DNA of 63,494 bases, counting the filler, from Octopus bimaculoides (lineage: Eukaryota), in the NCBI RefSeq assembly GCF_001194135.2. It is 7 parts of 7 records of this genome, joined end to end, with 100 filler letters (N's around TTAATTAATTAA, not from the genome) between each part and the next. Parts side by side here need not be neighbours in the genome. Positions count along the whole stretch, not along the records: positions 10,578 to 26,576 come from NC_069002.1; 6 more parts are not named here. One strand, 5' to 3'. The notes under the pieces are model-generated. The model worked only from the letters and a program-made list of their open reading frames with translations. It did not search any database and was not told where the DNA came from. Each line of letters begins with the position of its first letter. Position 1 is the stretch's first letter. Below are positions 11,729 to 23,253 of the stretch, piece by piece. The translations under genes and the position numbers were made by a program.

Positions 11729-12448
11729 TGTATATATACCGACAGAAAGAGGGAGAGAGAGAGATTACAATTCATTTATTGATGTTGACGTAAACACTTT
11801 CCCCTCTCCTCAGACACATAGAGTGAAATATGCTCACACACATAAACAGGGAGAGACAGGAGGGCGGGGAATGAAAGGTGGGAAAGAGACAGTCATTACA
11901 ATTAATTAATTGAATATTACTGCCGTAAGCACTTTGTCTCTCTTCAGACACAGAGTAAAATTTGCTCACTCAAAAACAGAAAGAGAGAGATGGGGGGAGG
12001 AAGGAAGGAATTACAGGTTATTGATTATATGAGTGCTTTTTTACATGGCACCAACACAGGCGAGGTCAGTTTTGGCATGGTTTTTACCCCTGGATGCCCT
12101 TCCAAATACCAACCGCTTCACAGTGCGGACTGTGTTATTTTTATATGGCACCTACACAGGCGAGGTCAGTTTTGGCATGGTTTTTACCCCTGGATGCCCT
12201 TCCAAATGCCAACCGCTTCACAGTGTAGACTGGATGCTTTTTATGTGGCACCAGCTCCGGCAGGGTTACCAAGTATTTTTGCAAGATGAGGAATTTTTGA
12301 GAGGGAAAGGGGGCATTGGAGGAGGGGATCTTAGATCAGATGATGAAATGTTAGAGTGTGACAGAGAGGCAGAAACAGGTGCATGGTTACCTAGCCATGC
12401 TGTCTCTCTCTCTCTCTTTTCTACATTCCCTTATTCTGTCCATTCCAG

Positions 12449-12610
12449 ACAATGGGTGCTAAGGAAGTATTCTCTATGGGATCATGAGCTGGATTATGTG
12501 GACAAACTCCTAAAGGAGGATCTTCGGAACAACTCAGCATGGAACCAACGCTATTTTGTCATCAACAATACAAAAACATTTAATGAGAAAGTGATTGAAG
12601 AGGAAATACT
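12449..12610 (+). CDS. FNTA: FNTA internal exon
   Basis: CCAG|A CAA TGG...ATA CT|GTGAGT encodes [54 protein letters not shown]. The phase matches both neighbouring exons. Confidence 0.95.
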
Positions 12611-12930
12611 GTGAGTACCATGTCTACCTGTTTTTCTGTCTTGCTGTCTATATCTCTATTCCAGTGTCTCTGTCCGTCTGTCTGTCTGTCTTGCTCTTCT
12701 TGTATACCACTCTGTCTGTCTACCTATCTACCTGTCTGTTTATTTATTTATCTATATCTATTCGTCTGTATTTCTAGTTTACTATTTGTATCTCTATTCC
12801 TGCATACCTGTCTTTCTGTCTATTTATCTATCTATTTGCCTATCTACCTACCTGTTTGCCCAACTATCTACCTTTCCCTCTATCTGTCTACCTACGTGTG
12901 TGTATATATGTATGTATATATATATATATA

Positions 12931-13084
12931 TTTCATTTTTGGATTTGGAGAGTCAACACTATTGAGAAGGTTGCAAGACGCAACGAAAATTTTAGGAAAA
13001 TAAAAATAAGAAATAAGTGGAAATTTTACCTGTGAGTGTGTTAAATTTTAAGGCACAATAAGAAAATGACTCTCCCAAAACACA

Positions 13085-13090
<6 letters not shown>
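12931..13090. repeat. Structured interspersed repeat (Penelope-like terminus?)
   Basis: GTTGC-AAGAC-GCAAC hairpin followed by GAAA, and an outer inverted repeat GGAGAGTCA/TGACTCTCC. A related end appears inverted at 21590-21618. Confidence 0.45.
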
Positions 13091-13128
<38 letters not shown>

Positions 13129-13392
13129 GAGGCGCAATGGCCCAGTGGTTAGGCCTAGTGGGCTGAAGCATAAACCTGGGAACAAATGAACGACCCAGGT
13201 TCAAATCCTGTTGCAGCCAGGATTTCGGAAAGCAGGAGGACACCTAAGAGTCATGACCTGGGTGGGGCCGAAACACTTGCCAGATGGGAGCTCTTCCTCT
13301 GAAGATCTCTACTGCTGTGCGCTCACCTTGCGATGAATTTCTGTTGTTATTTTTGCATGTGTGTAACTGGTATAATATATTCTATTTTACAG

Positions 13393-13455
13393 ATATGCAA
13401 TACAGTACATCAGGCAAGCCCCACATAATGAGAGTTCTTGGAATTATGTTAAAGG
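13393..13455 (+). CDS. FNTA: FNTA internal exon (63 nt)
   Basis: TTACAG|A TAT GCA...AAA GG|GTAAGT encodes YAIQYIRQAPHNESSWNYVKG (human [21 protein letters not shown]). Confidence 0.95.
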
Positions 13456-14010
13456 GTAAGTACTTCTATATTATTATTTCATCAACACTAGGGTACTCTC
13501 ACTACACAGTGTACCCTATTTACCTTATATGGAACAAAAGGCTTACATCTATTCTTGCTTATCATGAGCATTTCGTTAAAAAAAACATGAAGTATGCTGT
13601 AAATCGAATTGGTGAAAATGAATGATAGAACATGCAGGAAAATAGGTTTTGTTTCTGAGACACCATGTTGTCTTTTAGCATTGTGAATGGTCACTGGGTC
13701 AAGCCTCTGCAGGCCAAGCAGAATTGGTGAATGGTTGCTGGCTCGTGTCGTGACAGGCCAATACGTGATAAGCGTAACATGGTTTAACGAGCATACTGTG
13801 TTGTTGCAGATCAGCAATCATCATCATCATCGTCGTCGTTTAACGTCCGCTTTCCATGCTAGCATGAGTTGGACGGTTTGACTGAGGACTGGTGAAACCA
13901 GATGGCTACACCAGGCTCCAATCTGATTTGGCAAAGTTTCTACTCTGAGAGTGTAGTGGGTGCTTTTAATGAATTAGTGATAAATGAAAATAAATGTATT
14001 CCTGGAGACA

Positions 14011-14053
<43 letters not shown>

Positions 14054-14275
14054 AGCAGGCTTCTTAAAGTTTCTGTGCCCAAAACTCACTCGCAAGGTTT
14101 TGATTGGTGCAAAGCTACAGCCGAAGACACTTGCCCAAAGTGACACGCAGTGGGACTGAACCCAGGACCATGTTGTTGGAACGCAAACTTCTTAACCACA
14201 CAGCCACGTCTGCATCTAGAATAACAATTGCTAAATATATTTTCTTTTTTTTTCTCCTCTTCATTTCCATTGTAG

Positions 14276-14447
14276 GATCTTAATACCAAATGGTTTACAC
14301 AATTATCCCCAACTGTTGGATTTCTGTCTGGAACTCTTAGACAACCACATCACCTCGCCACATCTGTTAGCGTGTTTAGTAGATATCTATGAGAGCAAGT
14401 TAGAGAAAGATACCGGAAACAAGGAGATTTTGACGAAAGCTCTAGAA
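14276..14447 (+). CDS. FNTA: FNTA internal exon (172 nt)
   Basis: TGTAG|G ATC TTA...CTA GAA|GTAAGT encodes ILIPNGLHNYPQLLDFCLELLDNHITSPHLLACLVDIYESKLEKDTGNKEILTKALE. Confidence 0.95.
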
Positions 14448-17147
14448 GTAAGTGTTGGTTTGGTTTTCTCTCTTTTATCTTTGTCTTTTACTTGTTTCAG
14501 TCATTCCACTGTGGCCATGCTGGAGCACCACCTTGAAGGGTTTTAATCAAACAAATCAAACCCAGTATTTATATTTTGTTTTTAAATTTGGTACTTATTT
14601 TATCGGTCTCTTTTTCTAAAATTCTAAGTTACAGGGACATAAACAAACCAGCAGTGGTGGACCACAAATACAAACACACACACACATACAAAGGTAAAGA
14701 CCCCCTTTAGGTCATGAACGACCATGAGATTGCACCTAAAAAGTTGCCTTCTGAGGCTCAAGTCCAAGCAAGGTTGTTTATGGAAGACCTGTAATCGGCC
14801 ATGCGTACCGGCCTCTCCTCTCTACGCCACCAATGTTATCCAAGGGAAACGCAAAGAATGATACAGCTTTGCACCAGTGATGTCACAACTTATTTCTGCA
14901 GCTGAGTGAACTGGAGCAACGTGAAATAAAGTGTCTTGCTCAAGAACACAACACACACCCCAGCCGGGAATTGAACTCACTATCTCATGATTGTGAGCCC
15001 GATACTAGCCACTGAGCCATGTGCCTTCACACATATATACGTACGTACATATGTACGTCTTTATGTATATATGTATGCATATGAAGCAGTGTGGCAAACG
15101 TTTCTTGCTTGCCTGTTATATAAACACAAGTGCTTTTATGCACCACAAGCCTATATGAGAAGGCTTGTCATGGTAAATAACACAGTATTCTCTATTCTAA
15201 CACAATATCCACTTTAAGTGGGTAATACATACAGGAGTGGCTGTGTGATAAGTAGCTTGTTTACCAACCACATGGTTCCGTGTTCACTCCCGCAGCGTGG
15301 AACCTTGGGCAAGTGTCGGTGCATCACGTGAGATACACAACCCTAATTTTTTTCCAACTACTGGAGCAACTTTCCACTTATAGAAGGAAAGCTTTATTAC
15401 TCAGAATGAAGGAAACAATGGTTAACTAAAAATCTGAAAGCAGGCATTGACGTTTAGGACAAAGTTNNNNNNNNNNNNNNNNNNNNNNNNNNNNNNNNNN
15501 NNNNNNNNNNNNNNNNNNNNNNNNNNNNNNNNNNNNNNNNNNNNNNNNNNNNNNNNNNNNNNNNNNNNNNNNNNNNNNNNNNNNNNNNNNNNNNNNNNNN
15601 NNNNNNNNNNNNNNNNNNNNNNNNNNNNNNNNNNNNNNNNNNNNNNNNNNNNNNNNNNNNNNNNNNNNNNNNNNNNNNNNNNNNNNNNNNNNNNNNNNNN
15701 NNNNNNNNNNNNNNNNNNNNNNNNNNNNNNNNNNNNNNNNNNNNNNNNNNNNNNNNNNNNNNNNNNNNNNNNNNNNNNNNNNNNNNNNNNNNNNNNNNNN
15801 NNNNNNNNNNNNNNNNNNNNNNNNNNNNNNNNNNNNNNNNNNNNNNNNNNNNNNNNNNNNNNNNNNNNNGTTATGGGTACACGTGTCTGTGGAGTGCTCA
15901 GCCACTTGCACGTTAATTTCACGAGCAGGCTGTTCCGTTGATCGGATCAACTGGAACCCTCGACGTCGTAAGCGACGGAGTGCTAACAATCACATGCGCT
16001 ATTTTATTCATGGGAAACAACTCGGAAAAATCTAGAATGCAGGGGAAATAACTGGTGAATTTGAATTATAATATCTGATTATTTTTATTCCCCAACACGG
16101 CAGGAATTTTAAATTATCAAGGCGGTGAGCTGGCAGAGTCGTTAGCACGCCGGGTAAAATGCCTAGCGGTATTTCGTCTGTCTTTACGTTCTGAGTTCAA
16201 ATTCCCCCGAGGTTGACTTTGCCTTTCATCCTTTCGAGGTCGATAAATTAAGTACCAGTTGCGTACTGGAGTCGATTTAATTGATTGGCCCCCTTCCCCA
16301 GAATTTCGGGCCTTGTGCCTAGAGTACAAAAGGAATTTTAAATTATCAGATGCAATGCTTTGCGCTTTTTCAGTTTTATATATTTAAGAGAATAAGTCCT
16401 AGGTTTTAAAATAAGTCCTAGGGTTGATTCGTTTGACTAAAACCCTTTAATTGAGTGAACAAATCAAAGAAAAAGGCACTCAACACATCTAGTAGGAATT
16501 ACATGTTATTATTTAAAACTGTGTATGTATGTATGTGTGTGTGTGTGTGTATATTGTTGGCACTCCATCGCTTACGACGTCGAGGGTTCCAGTTGATCCG
16601 ATCAACGGAACAGCCTGCTCGTGAAATTAACGTGCAAGTGGCTGAGCACTCCACAGACATGTGTACCCTTAACGTAGTTCTCGGGGATATTCAGCGTGAC
16701 ACAGTGTATGACAAGGCTGGCCCTTTGAATTACAGGTACAACAGAAACAGGAAGTAAGAGAAATTTGTGGTGAAAGAGTACAGCAGGGTTCGCCACNNNN
16801 NNNNNNTGTGACAAGGCTGACCCTTTGAATTACAGGCACAACAGAAACAGGAAGTAAGAGTGAGAGAAAGTTGTGGTGAAAGAGTACAACAGAGTTCACC
16901 ACCATCCCCTGCCGGAGCCTCGTGGAGCTTTATGTGTTTTCGCTCAATAAACACTCACAACGCCAGGTCTGGGAATCGAAACCGCGAGTCCGCTGCCCTA
17001 ACGACTGGGCCATTGCGCCTCCACGTATATATATATATATATATATCCATTCCATTCCAAGTCTTTGATGTTCTTGTATTTACCCTGTTTTCTCAAATTT
17101 GTGTTTCATTATTCTTTCTCTCTTTCTTCCGTTCTCTCCGTCTGCAG

Positions 17148-17273
17148 TTATGCGATTCTCTTGCTGTGCAGCATGATCCTGTCCGCCAAAATTACTGGAA
17201 CTACGTGGCCAGGTCGATGAAACTGAGATTTAGTGAAGACACCAAAGATGAGAAAATGAACGAATCTAGCTAA
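17148..17273 (+). CDS. FNTA: FNTA terminal coding exon
   Basis: Polypyrimidine tract, then TGCAG|TTA TGC, encoding LCDSLAVQHDPVRQNYWNYVARSMKLRFSEDTKDEKMNESS* (human [24 protein letters not shown]). Confidence 0.95.
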   Translation, partial: LCDSLAVQHDPVRQNYWNYVARSMKLRFSEDTKDEKMNESS

Positions 17274-17703
17274 TAATAATAATAATAATGATGACGATGG
17301 TGATGACGACGATGAAGAATTCTAAGGTTTAATCAAAAATTTTTCGTTCTTTTTTAAATGATCACTTCTAAAAATATTCTCCTCTCACAAAAGAACATTT
17401 GTCGCTGAAGAGGAGGAGGTTAAAGACATAAAAAACAACAAAGTTTTGGCTAGAATTTTTTTTCCCTCTTTTTCTTTTGTGTCATTCCAGCATTCCTTCT
17501 AGACTAAATATTGGATCTTCAACCTCTCTCTTTCTCTCTCTCTCTTTCTCTGTCTTGTCGGTCTCCATACTTAAATACAGCAGCCAAAAATATGTGGACT
17601 GAGGTTTTTCTGCTTTTCTTTCTTTTCTATTTCTGCTTGAAGATCTGAGTTTTTATTTGTTTGTCTTGTTTTTATTTTGTATCTATTTAAAATGTTTACA
17701 GTA

Positions 17704-17824
17704 TTAAAATTTTAACAGGAAGACAATACTGATTTTGCATAAAATAAATTGCAGTAAAACCATTTTAAAATTTTAACAAAAAGACAATACTGGTTTGCAT
17801 AAAATAAATTGTAGTAAAACCATT
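17704..17824 (+). repeat. About 60-bp tandem duplication carrying two AATAAA signals (17743, 17803); probable FNTA 3' UTR end
   Basis: Two near-identical units TTAAAATTTTAAC..AAGACAATACTG..TTGCATAAAATAAATTG.AGTAAAACCATT. Confidence 0.6.
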
Positions 17825-18429
17825 ATCCATCAGCCTCCATTGGCATTCTTAACAATGCCTCTAAGTCATATTATTACTGTTGTATTCTATGTAGGTTTGA
17901 CAAACTAGAACAGTTTTGCTAGCAAGTACATGAAATTCTCTACACCATTAACTCCTAAGCAGTGTTGTAAAATATAACTAGGTGCATCGGGTGATTCCCT
18001 TTGGTCATGAATGACCATGGGATTGCACCTAGAAAGTTACCGGGCAAGGTTGCTTATGGAGGACCAGCAGTTGCCCAAGCATACCAGCCTTCCCTCTCCA
18101 CACCACCAATGTTATCCAAAGGAAAGCAAAGGCTGATACTGCCTGGCACCAGTGACATCGTGACTCATTTCTACAGCTTAGTGAACTGGAGCAACGTGAA
18201 ATAAAGTGTCTTGCTCAAGAACACAACACGCAGCCCGGTCCAGGAATTGAACTCACAACTAGGTGCATCATAAATATATTAAAAGTAGAAGAGTTGCGGT
18301 TTGTTTGTGGTATTGTGATACAGTAGTAGAGTAACAAATAAGAGGGAGAGTTTCTAACAATGCAAAACGGAAAAATTTAATAATCTTAATATTTCGGGCA
18401 CAATTGCCCATCATCAGAAGTTAACATCT

Positions 18430-18760
18430 TAACCCTCTAGCTCTCTTCTCTGGTTCCTCCTTTAAGAACTTATCAGCAGTCAACTAGACTTGCATCCAGT
18501 TCTCATCAGTATACTGTACAACTTCTGAAGTGTCATAAAGCACTTTACAGTACCAATTTCTTCCCCCGCACCTCTGAACTTTGGAATTCCCTTCCACAGT
18601 CTTGTTTTCCTCTTCAATATGACCTTTAGTCTTTTAAGTCTAATGTACATCATCACCTATTAACTTCTGTCTAGTGTCCATTTTATTCTAGTAGCTCTTA
18701 CATTTTCAGTGGTCTAATGATCTTGTAACGAGCAAATCCTTTAAAAAACAAAAAAAATCT
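18430..18760 (+). mobile_element. 3' end of a CR1-group (CR1/L2/Crack/Daphne-like) LINE
   Basis: STRLASSSHQYTVQLLKCHKALYSTNFFPRTSELWNSLPQSCFPLQYDL*SFKSNVHHHL contains the FFPRT..LWNSLP...F...FK C-terminal signature, followed by an A-rich tail. Confidence 0.75.
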
Positions 18761-19354
18761 GACCCAAATATTCTACCTGTTTTATATCTAAACTAGCTAG
18801 ATCCTCGCATACCTATCCTACAACCATCATCAAGGTGGTGAAAACAAGTAAAACAAAAAAAAAACAAGTAAAACAAAAAAAAACAAGTAAAACAAAAAAA
18901 AAATGACACACACACACACACACACACTACATCCAAATATATTGCAGTCTCTCTTAACCGTCAATTATTTCAGCTACACTCCTGTTACATATTTACCCGC
19001 CACCCACCCCCAACCCCTGTATGCACCCACACACACTCAAAGCATACAGTTAGTTCTTTGTCCTCTCTTGCTATATACGTTTACCTAAGCTTTGTTAACA
19101 GCATTCTTTTATTCTGCAATACAAAAATGACAATTATACGTTCTACATTTCTTCACCTGGCAAATTGTCAAACCAGCGTCAAGCCTTCAATAGAATATTT
19201 CTTATGACGAGAAACTTTAACCCTTTTTGTTACTTTTTCTATTGAAATACAATCTTGTCTTCAATTAATTTTGAAAATAACAAAGAATTTGGTAAAATGT
19301 CTTCATCATGATCATCATCATTATCATTTAATGTCTGTTTTCCATGTTGGCATG

Positions 19355-19744
19355 GTGGAGACGAAATGGCACAGTGGTTAGGGCAGCGGACTCGCAGTCA
19401 TGAGATCGCGGTTTCGATTCCCAGACCGGGCGTTGTGAGTGTTTATTCAACGAAAACACCTAAAGCTCCTCGAGGCTCCGGCAGGGGATGGTGGCGAACC
19501 CTGCTGTACTCTTTCACCACAACTTTCTCTCACTCTTTCTTCCTGTTTCTGTTGTGCCTGTAATTCAAAGGGTCGGCCTTGTCATACTCTGTGTCACGTT
19601 GAATATCCCCGAGAACTACGTTAAGGGTACACATGTCTGTGGAGTGCTCAGCCACTTGCACGTTAATTTCACGAGCAGGCTGTCCCGTTGATCGGATCAG
19701 CTGGAACCCTCGACGTCATAAGCGACGGAGTGCCAACCAACCGA
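19355..19744 (+). mobile_element. Full-length tRNA-head SINE (family A) with a 13-bp target-site duplication
   Basis: Head TGGCACAGTGGTTAGGGCAGCGGACTC..GGTTTCGATTCCC; flanked by CCATGTTGGCATG at 19342-19354 and 19745-19757. Other copies at 9571-9735(-), 10578-10760(-), 15870-15990, 16553-17022(-) and 36864-37216. Confidence 0.85.
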
Positions 19745-20485
19745 CCATGTTGGCATGAATTGGATGGTTTGACAGGATCTGCACCTGGTGGTGGTGGATG
19801 TTTAATTTTTACCTTATAACTTGTTTCAGTCATTAGACTGGCCATACTGGAGCACTGCCTTGAAGGGTTTTAGTTGAACAAATCAACCCCAGAACTTATT
19901 TTTTAAAGCCTAGTATGTATTTTATCAGTCTCTTTGCTGAACCGCTACGTATATATGCATATGCTTGCATATGTCACTATCTCCTTGCCTTGACTTCAAA
20001 TGATAGTTGTAAATGGGAATCACTGTTAAGCAAGCAGAGTTCTTTCGTTACCAGCCTTACATGGAAAATATGTCCAGCCATTGGAGAAGTATTACCTCCC
20101 TAGGAAATAGGTAATGGGAGACGGCTGCAGGGGCTTCTGGCTGTAGAAAATCTGCCTCAAGAAATTCCAGCCAACACATGCAAGCATGATGAGAGAGTGG
20201 ACATTAAAACAATGCTTCTACTGCAGCTGACGATGATGATGATGGTGATGACTACGTTGTTGGTGGTGGTCATGATCATGATGATGATGGTGTTGGTGAT
20301 AATGGCAATGGTGATGATAATTATGATTATGATGATGATGATGGTGGTGATGATGAAACATTTGGGAAAAATGGAATATACAACATCGGTTTTTTATTTT
20401 CTGCTGGTTCTTTACCCATTTTATTTAATTTTTTTTCTTTCCAATCCTATATACATTAAAAAGAGAGTGAGTTCTGGTTAAGACA

Positions 20486-20961
20486 CAGTTTATAATAGCC
20501 ATCTAAGTAGCATACTTAATGTATATACACTGCTGATAGGTCAGCACTGCAGTATTTGTCCAGAGATAACATCTCTCATAGACTTGCTGTGTTAAAAAAC
20601 ACAATAAATATCAGAGAAAGCGAAGTAAAAATTCATTCTAGCAAGAGTCGAGCACTTATTCACAATATCAGTGAATATGTCTGTCACTTTTACATACATC
20701 AGAGATGAAAAATTCTCATCCAAATGTGTGTCTGGTTACAAGCATACACCATTGAAAATGACCCCTAAAAGGACAGAATGCATCTGGCATATTCACTGGC
20801 CCCTACTGAGATGAACTTTCGTCTCTCTCTGATATTTATTGGGTTTCAAACACAGCGAGTCTGTAACAGATGTTATCTCAGAACAAATACTGCAGTAGCT
20901 GGCCTATGAACTATGTAGACATTAAGTATGATACACAGATGGCTACTATAATTAAAAACTG
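20486..20961. mobile_element. MITE-like element with long (about 150-bp) imperfect terminal inverted repeats
   Basis: Left arm blocks TAGCCATCT, CATACTTAATGT, ACTGCAGTATTTGT, GAGATAACATCT, GCTGTGTT and CAATAAATATCAGAGA each have a reverse-complement partner, in mirrored order, in 20810-20961. Confidence 0.7.
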
Positions 20962-21100
20962 CTTCAATTGCATATACAAGATTTTTACACAATATATATA
21001 TATATAGATATATATATATATATATGTGTGTGTGTATGTATATATGTGTGTGTGTGTGTATGTATATATGTGTGTGTGTGTGTATGTATATATGTATGTA

Positions 21101-21135
<35 letters not shown>

Positions 21136-22079
21136 GTAAGATTTCCTTATAAGTTACCTCCCGTAATCTGAATATTTATTTATCCCAAAACCCTGTACAA
21201 TCTCGAGTAATTTCGTGTATTCTCATCCAAAACAGAGATGAGTACCATAGTTCCAATGTGGCAAGATTGATAATTGTTAAGAGATTCCGCTTTACATGAA
21301 ACCATTGGTAGCGTCGTTAACCCACAAATAAAGTATATACATATATATATACACACACACATTTAAGATAATTTGAAATATAAGGTAAAAACCTTCAGTA
21401 AACATTAAAATTTCAGCTTGCTGTACAAAAAAAAAAAAAATAAAGAGTGTTGTACCATGCAGGAGGTTTGTATTTGTGTTTTGTAACAATGGAGGTAATT
21501 AAAGGTTTACCAAACACTATGTAGCAGTGCAGTGTAGATCGACTTGTGAGTGTGTGTGTATATATATCTATACATATATATTTATATATATACTGTTGTG
21601 TCTGGGGAGAGTCATTTTNNNNNNNNNNNNNNNNNNNNNNNNNNNNNNNNNNNNNNNNNNNNNNNNNNNNNNNNNNNNNNNNNNNNNNNNNNNNNNNNNN
21701 NNNNNNNNNNNNNNNNNNNNNNNNNNNNNNNNNNNNNNNNNNNNNNNNNNNNNNNNNNNNNNNNNNNNNNNNNNNNNNNNNNNNNNNNNNNNNNNNNNNN
21801 NNNNNNNNNNNNNNNNNNNNNNNNNNNNNNNNNNNNNNNNNNNNNNNNNNNNNNNNNNNNNNNNNNNNNNNNNNNNNNNNNNNNNNNNNNNNNNNNNNNN
21901 NNNNNNNNNNNNNNNNNNNNNNNNNNNNNNNNNNNNNNNNNNNNNNNNNNNNNNNNNNNNNNNNNNNNNNNNNNNNNNNNNNNNNNNNNNNNNNNNNNNN
22001 NNNNNNNNNNNNNNNNNNNNNNNNNNNNNNNNNNNNNNNNNNNNNNNNNNNNNNNNNNNNNNNNNNNNNNNNNNNNNNN

Positions 22080-22125
<46 letters not shown>

Positions 22126-22413
22126 AATATGAGTTATTTTATACATACATTCATATATCTATATCAATATAGATATATACATATATATACACACACATAT
22201 ATTTAGATATAAACACATCCATACATATATATATAATATATATACATATATGTATATGGAGTATATATATGTATATATATATATATCCAGGCTATTGTAT
22301 ATAAGCTACTGTACACAAACACACACACTCTCTCTGTCTCTCTCACGCACACACACACACAGCTATATAAGCCTATTCAGAGAGAATTCTATGATATAAC
22401 TGTCCGCTATTTG

Positions 22414-22864
22414 TCAACTTAATATCCTCTCCGACTGAGTCATTTTGATGGAGGGCAAGTAAGTGGCCCAAGTCATATTACTTTGTGGCACCCAAGTGAA
22501 ACCAAGAATTCTTGCCATTTCAATCAGCTTGTTAGAATCCGTTGCTAGGAAACCAAACGGTATATCACCATTGGCTGCAATTTTGGAAGCAATGTCTTTG
22601 AATACAACGCTACTGAAGTGTGTCCCGCGATGTTCTGGTTTCACGTAAACCATTGAGATTGATCCATTGAACTTGCGGCAAGCGTACGCGACCAATTCAC
22701 CCGTTGACGTGTTTCGTAGACATGAGCTTTCAAAGTTTTCTATGATGCATTTGAAGTATTCCTCAATTCCATCGTGTTCTGAGAGGGATGAACTCCAGAC
22801 TGGTAGCAATGCTGCGGCATCGGACTTGCATAAGGACCCAAGTTCAAACCCAACTGGAATGTCT
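22414..22864 (-). CDS. Glycine N-acyltransferase-like protein, terminal exon (C-terminal GNAT domain)
   Basis: TTCTAG|A GAC ATT encodes DIPVGFELGSLCKSDAAALLPVWSSSLSEHDGIEEYFKCIIENFESSCLRNTSTGELVAYACRKFNGSISMVYVKPEHRGTHFS...ILS*. It contains the VKPEHRG acyl-CoA-binding-type motif. Confidence 0.85.
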
Positions 22865-23129
22865 CTAGAAAATTTTTTTTAAAAAAATTAAGAATAATTA
22901 ATCATTTTTAATTGAAGTATGAGACTAATAATTTTTAAGAAAGGAGTTAGTTGTTTAATAAGAATGATAAAGATAACAAATGATGGTGATGACTTAAATA
23001 ATGGTGGTGGCCATAGTTGGAATGACAAGTGGGGGCAGTTGTTTGATGTGTATGGCTGAGTGGACACTCCACCTATTTTGGTGACAGTAATTTTTGGTGG
23101 TTGATGAAAATGATACCAAACCGTCTTAC

Positions 23130-23253
23130 CTGGTTAAGTCAATTGGAACTGTTTTACACCAAGCGTACATGAAATGTGGTGGACGACACTGCATGGTTCC
23201 ACCCAGCTTCCGACAGAATTGTCTGGTTGTAGGGATCAAATCATAAGGAATTC
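23130..23253 (-). CDS. Glycine N-acyltransferase-like protein, internal exon (124 nt)
   Basis: TTTCAG|GA ATT...ACC AG|GTAAG encodes (G)IPYDLIPTTRQFCRKLGGTMQCRPPHFMYAWCKTVPIDLT(R). Phases match both neighbours. Confidence 0.85.

Noticed and set aside
16709-16895. Apparent tandem duplication inside a SINE around an 11-N gap
   Set aside because: Overlapping contig ends from two slightly different SINE copies or haplotypes; an assembly artefact.
16602-16954. Recurrent peptide ORFs such as KGTHVCGVLSHLHVNF and RPRKDERQSRPRRNLNSE
   Set aside because: They recur because they are translations of SINE families A and B, not a gene family.
18841-18902. 19-20-bp A-rich unit x3 (AAAACAAGTAAAACAAAAAA)
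   Set aside because: Low-complexity slippage repeat with no spacers.
19355-19440. tRNA-like sequences with A and B boxes
   Set aside because: They are SINE heads continuing into shared SINE bodies, with no complete cloverleaf or acceptor stem, so they are not called as tRNA genes.
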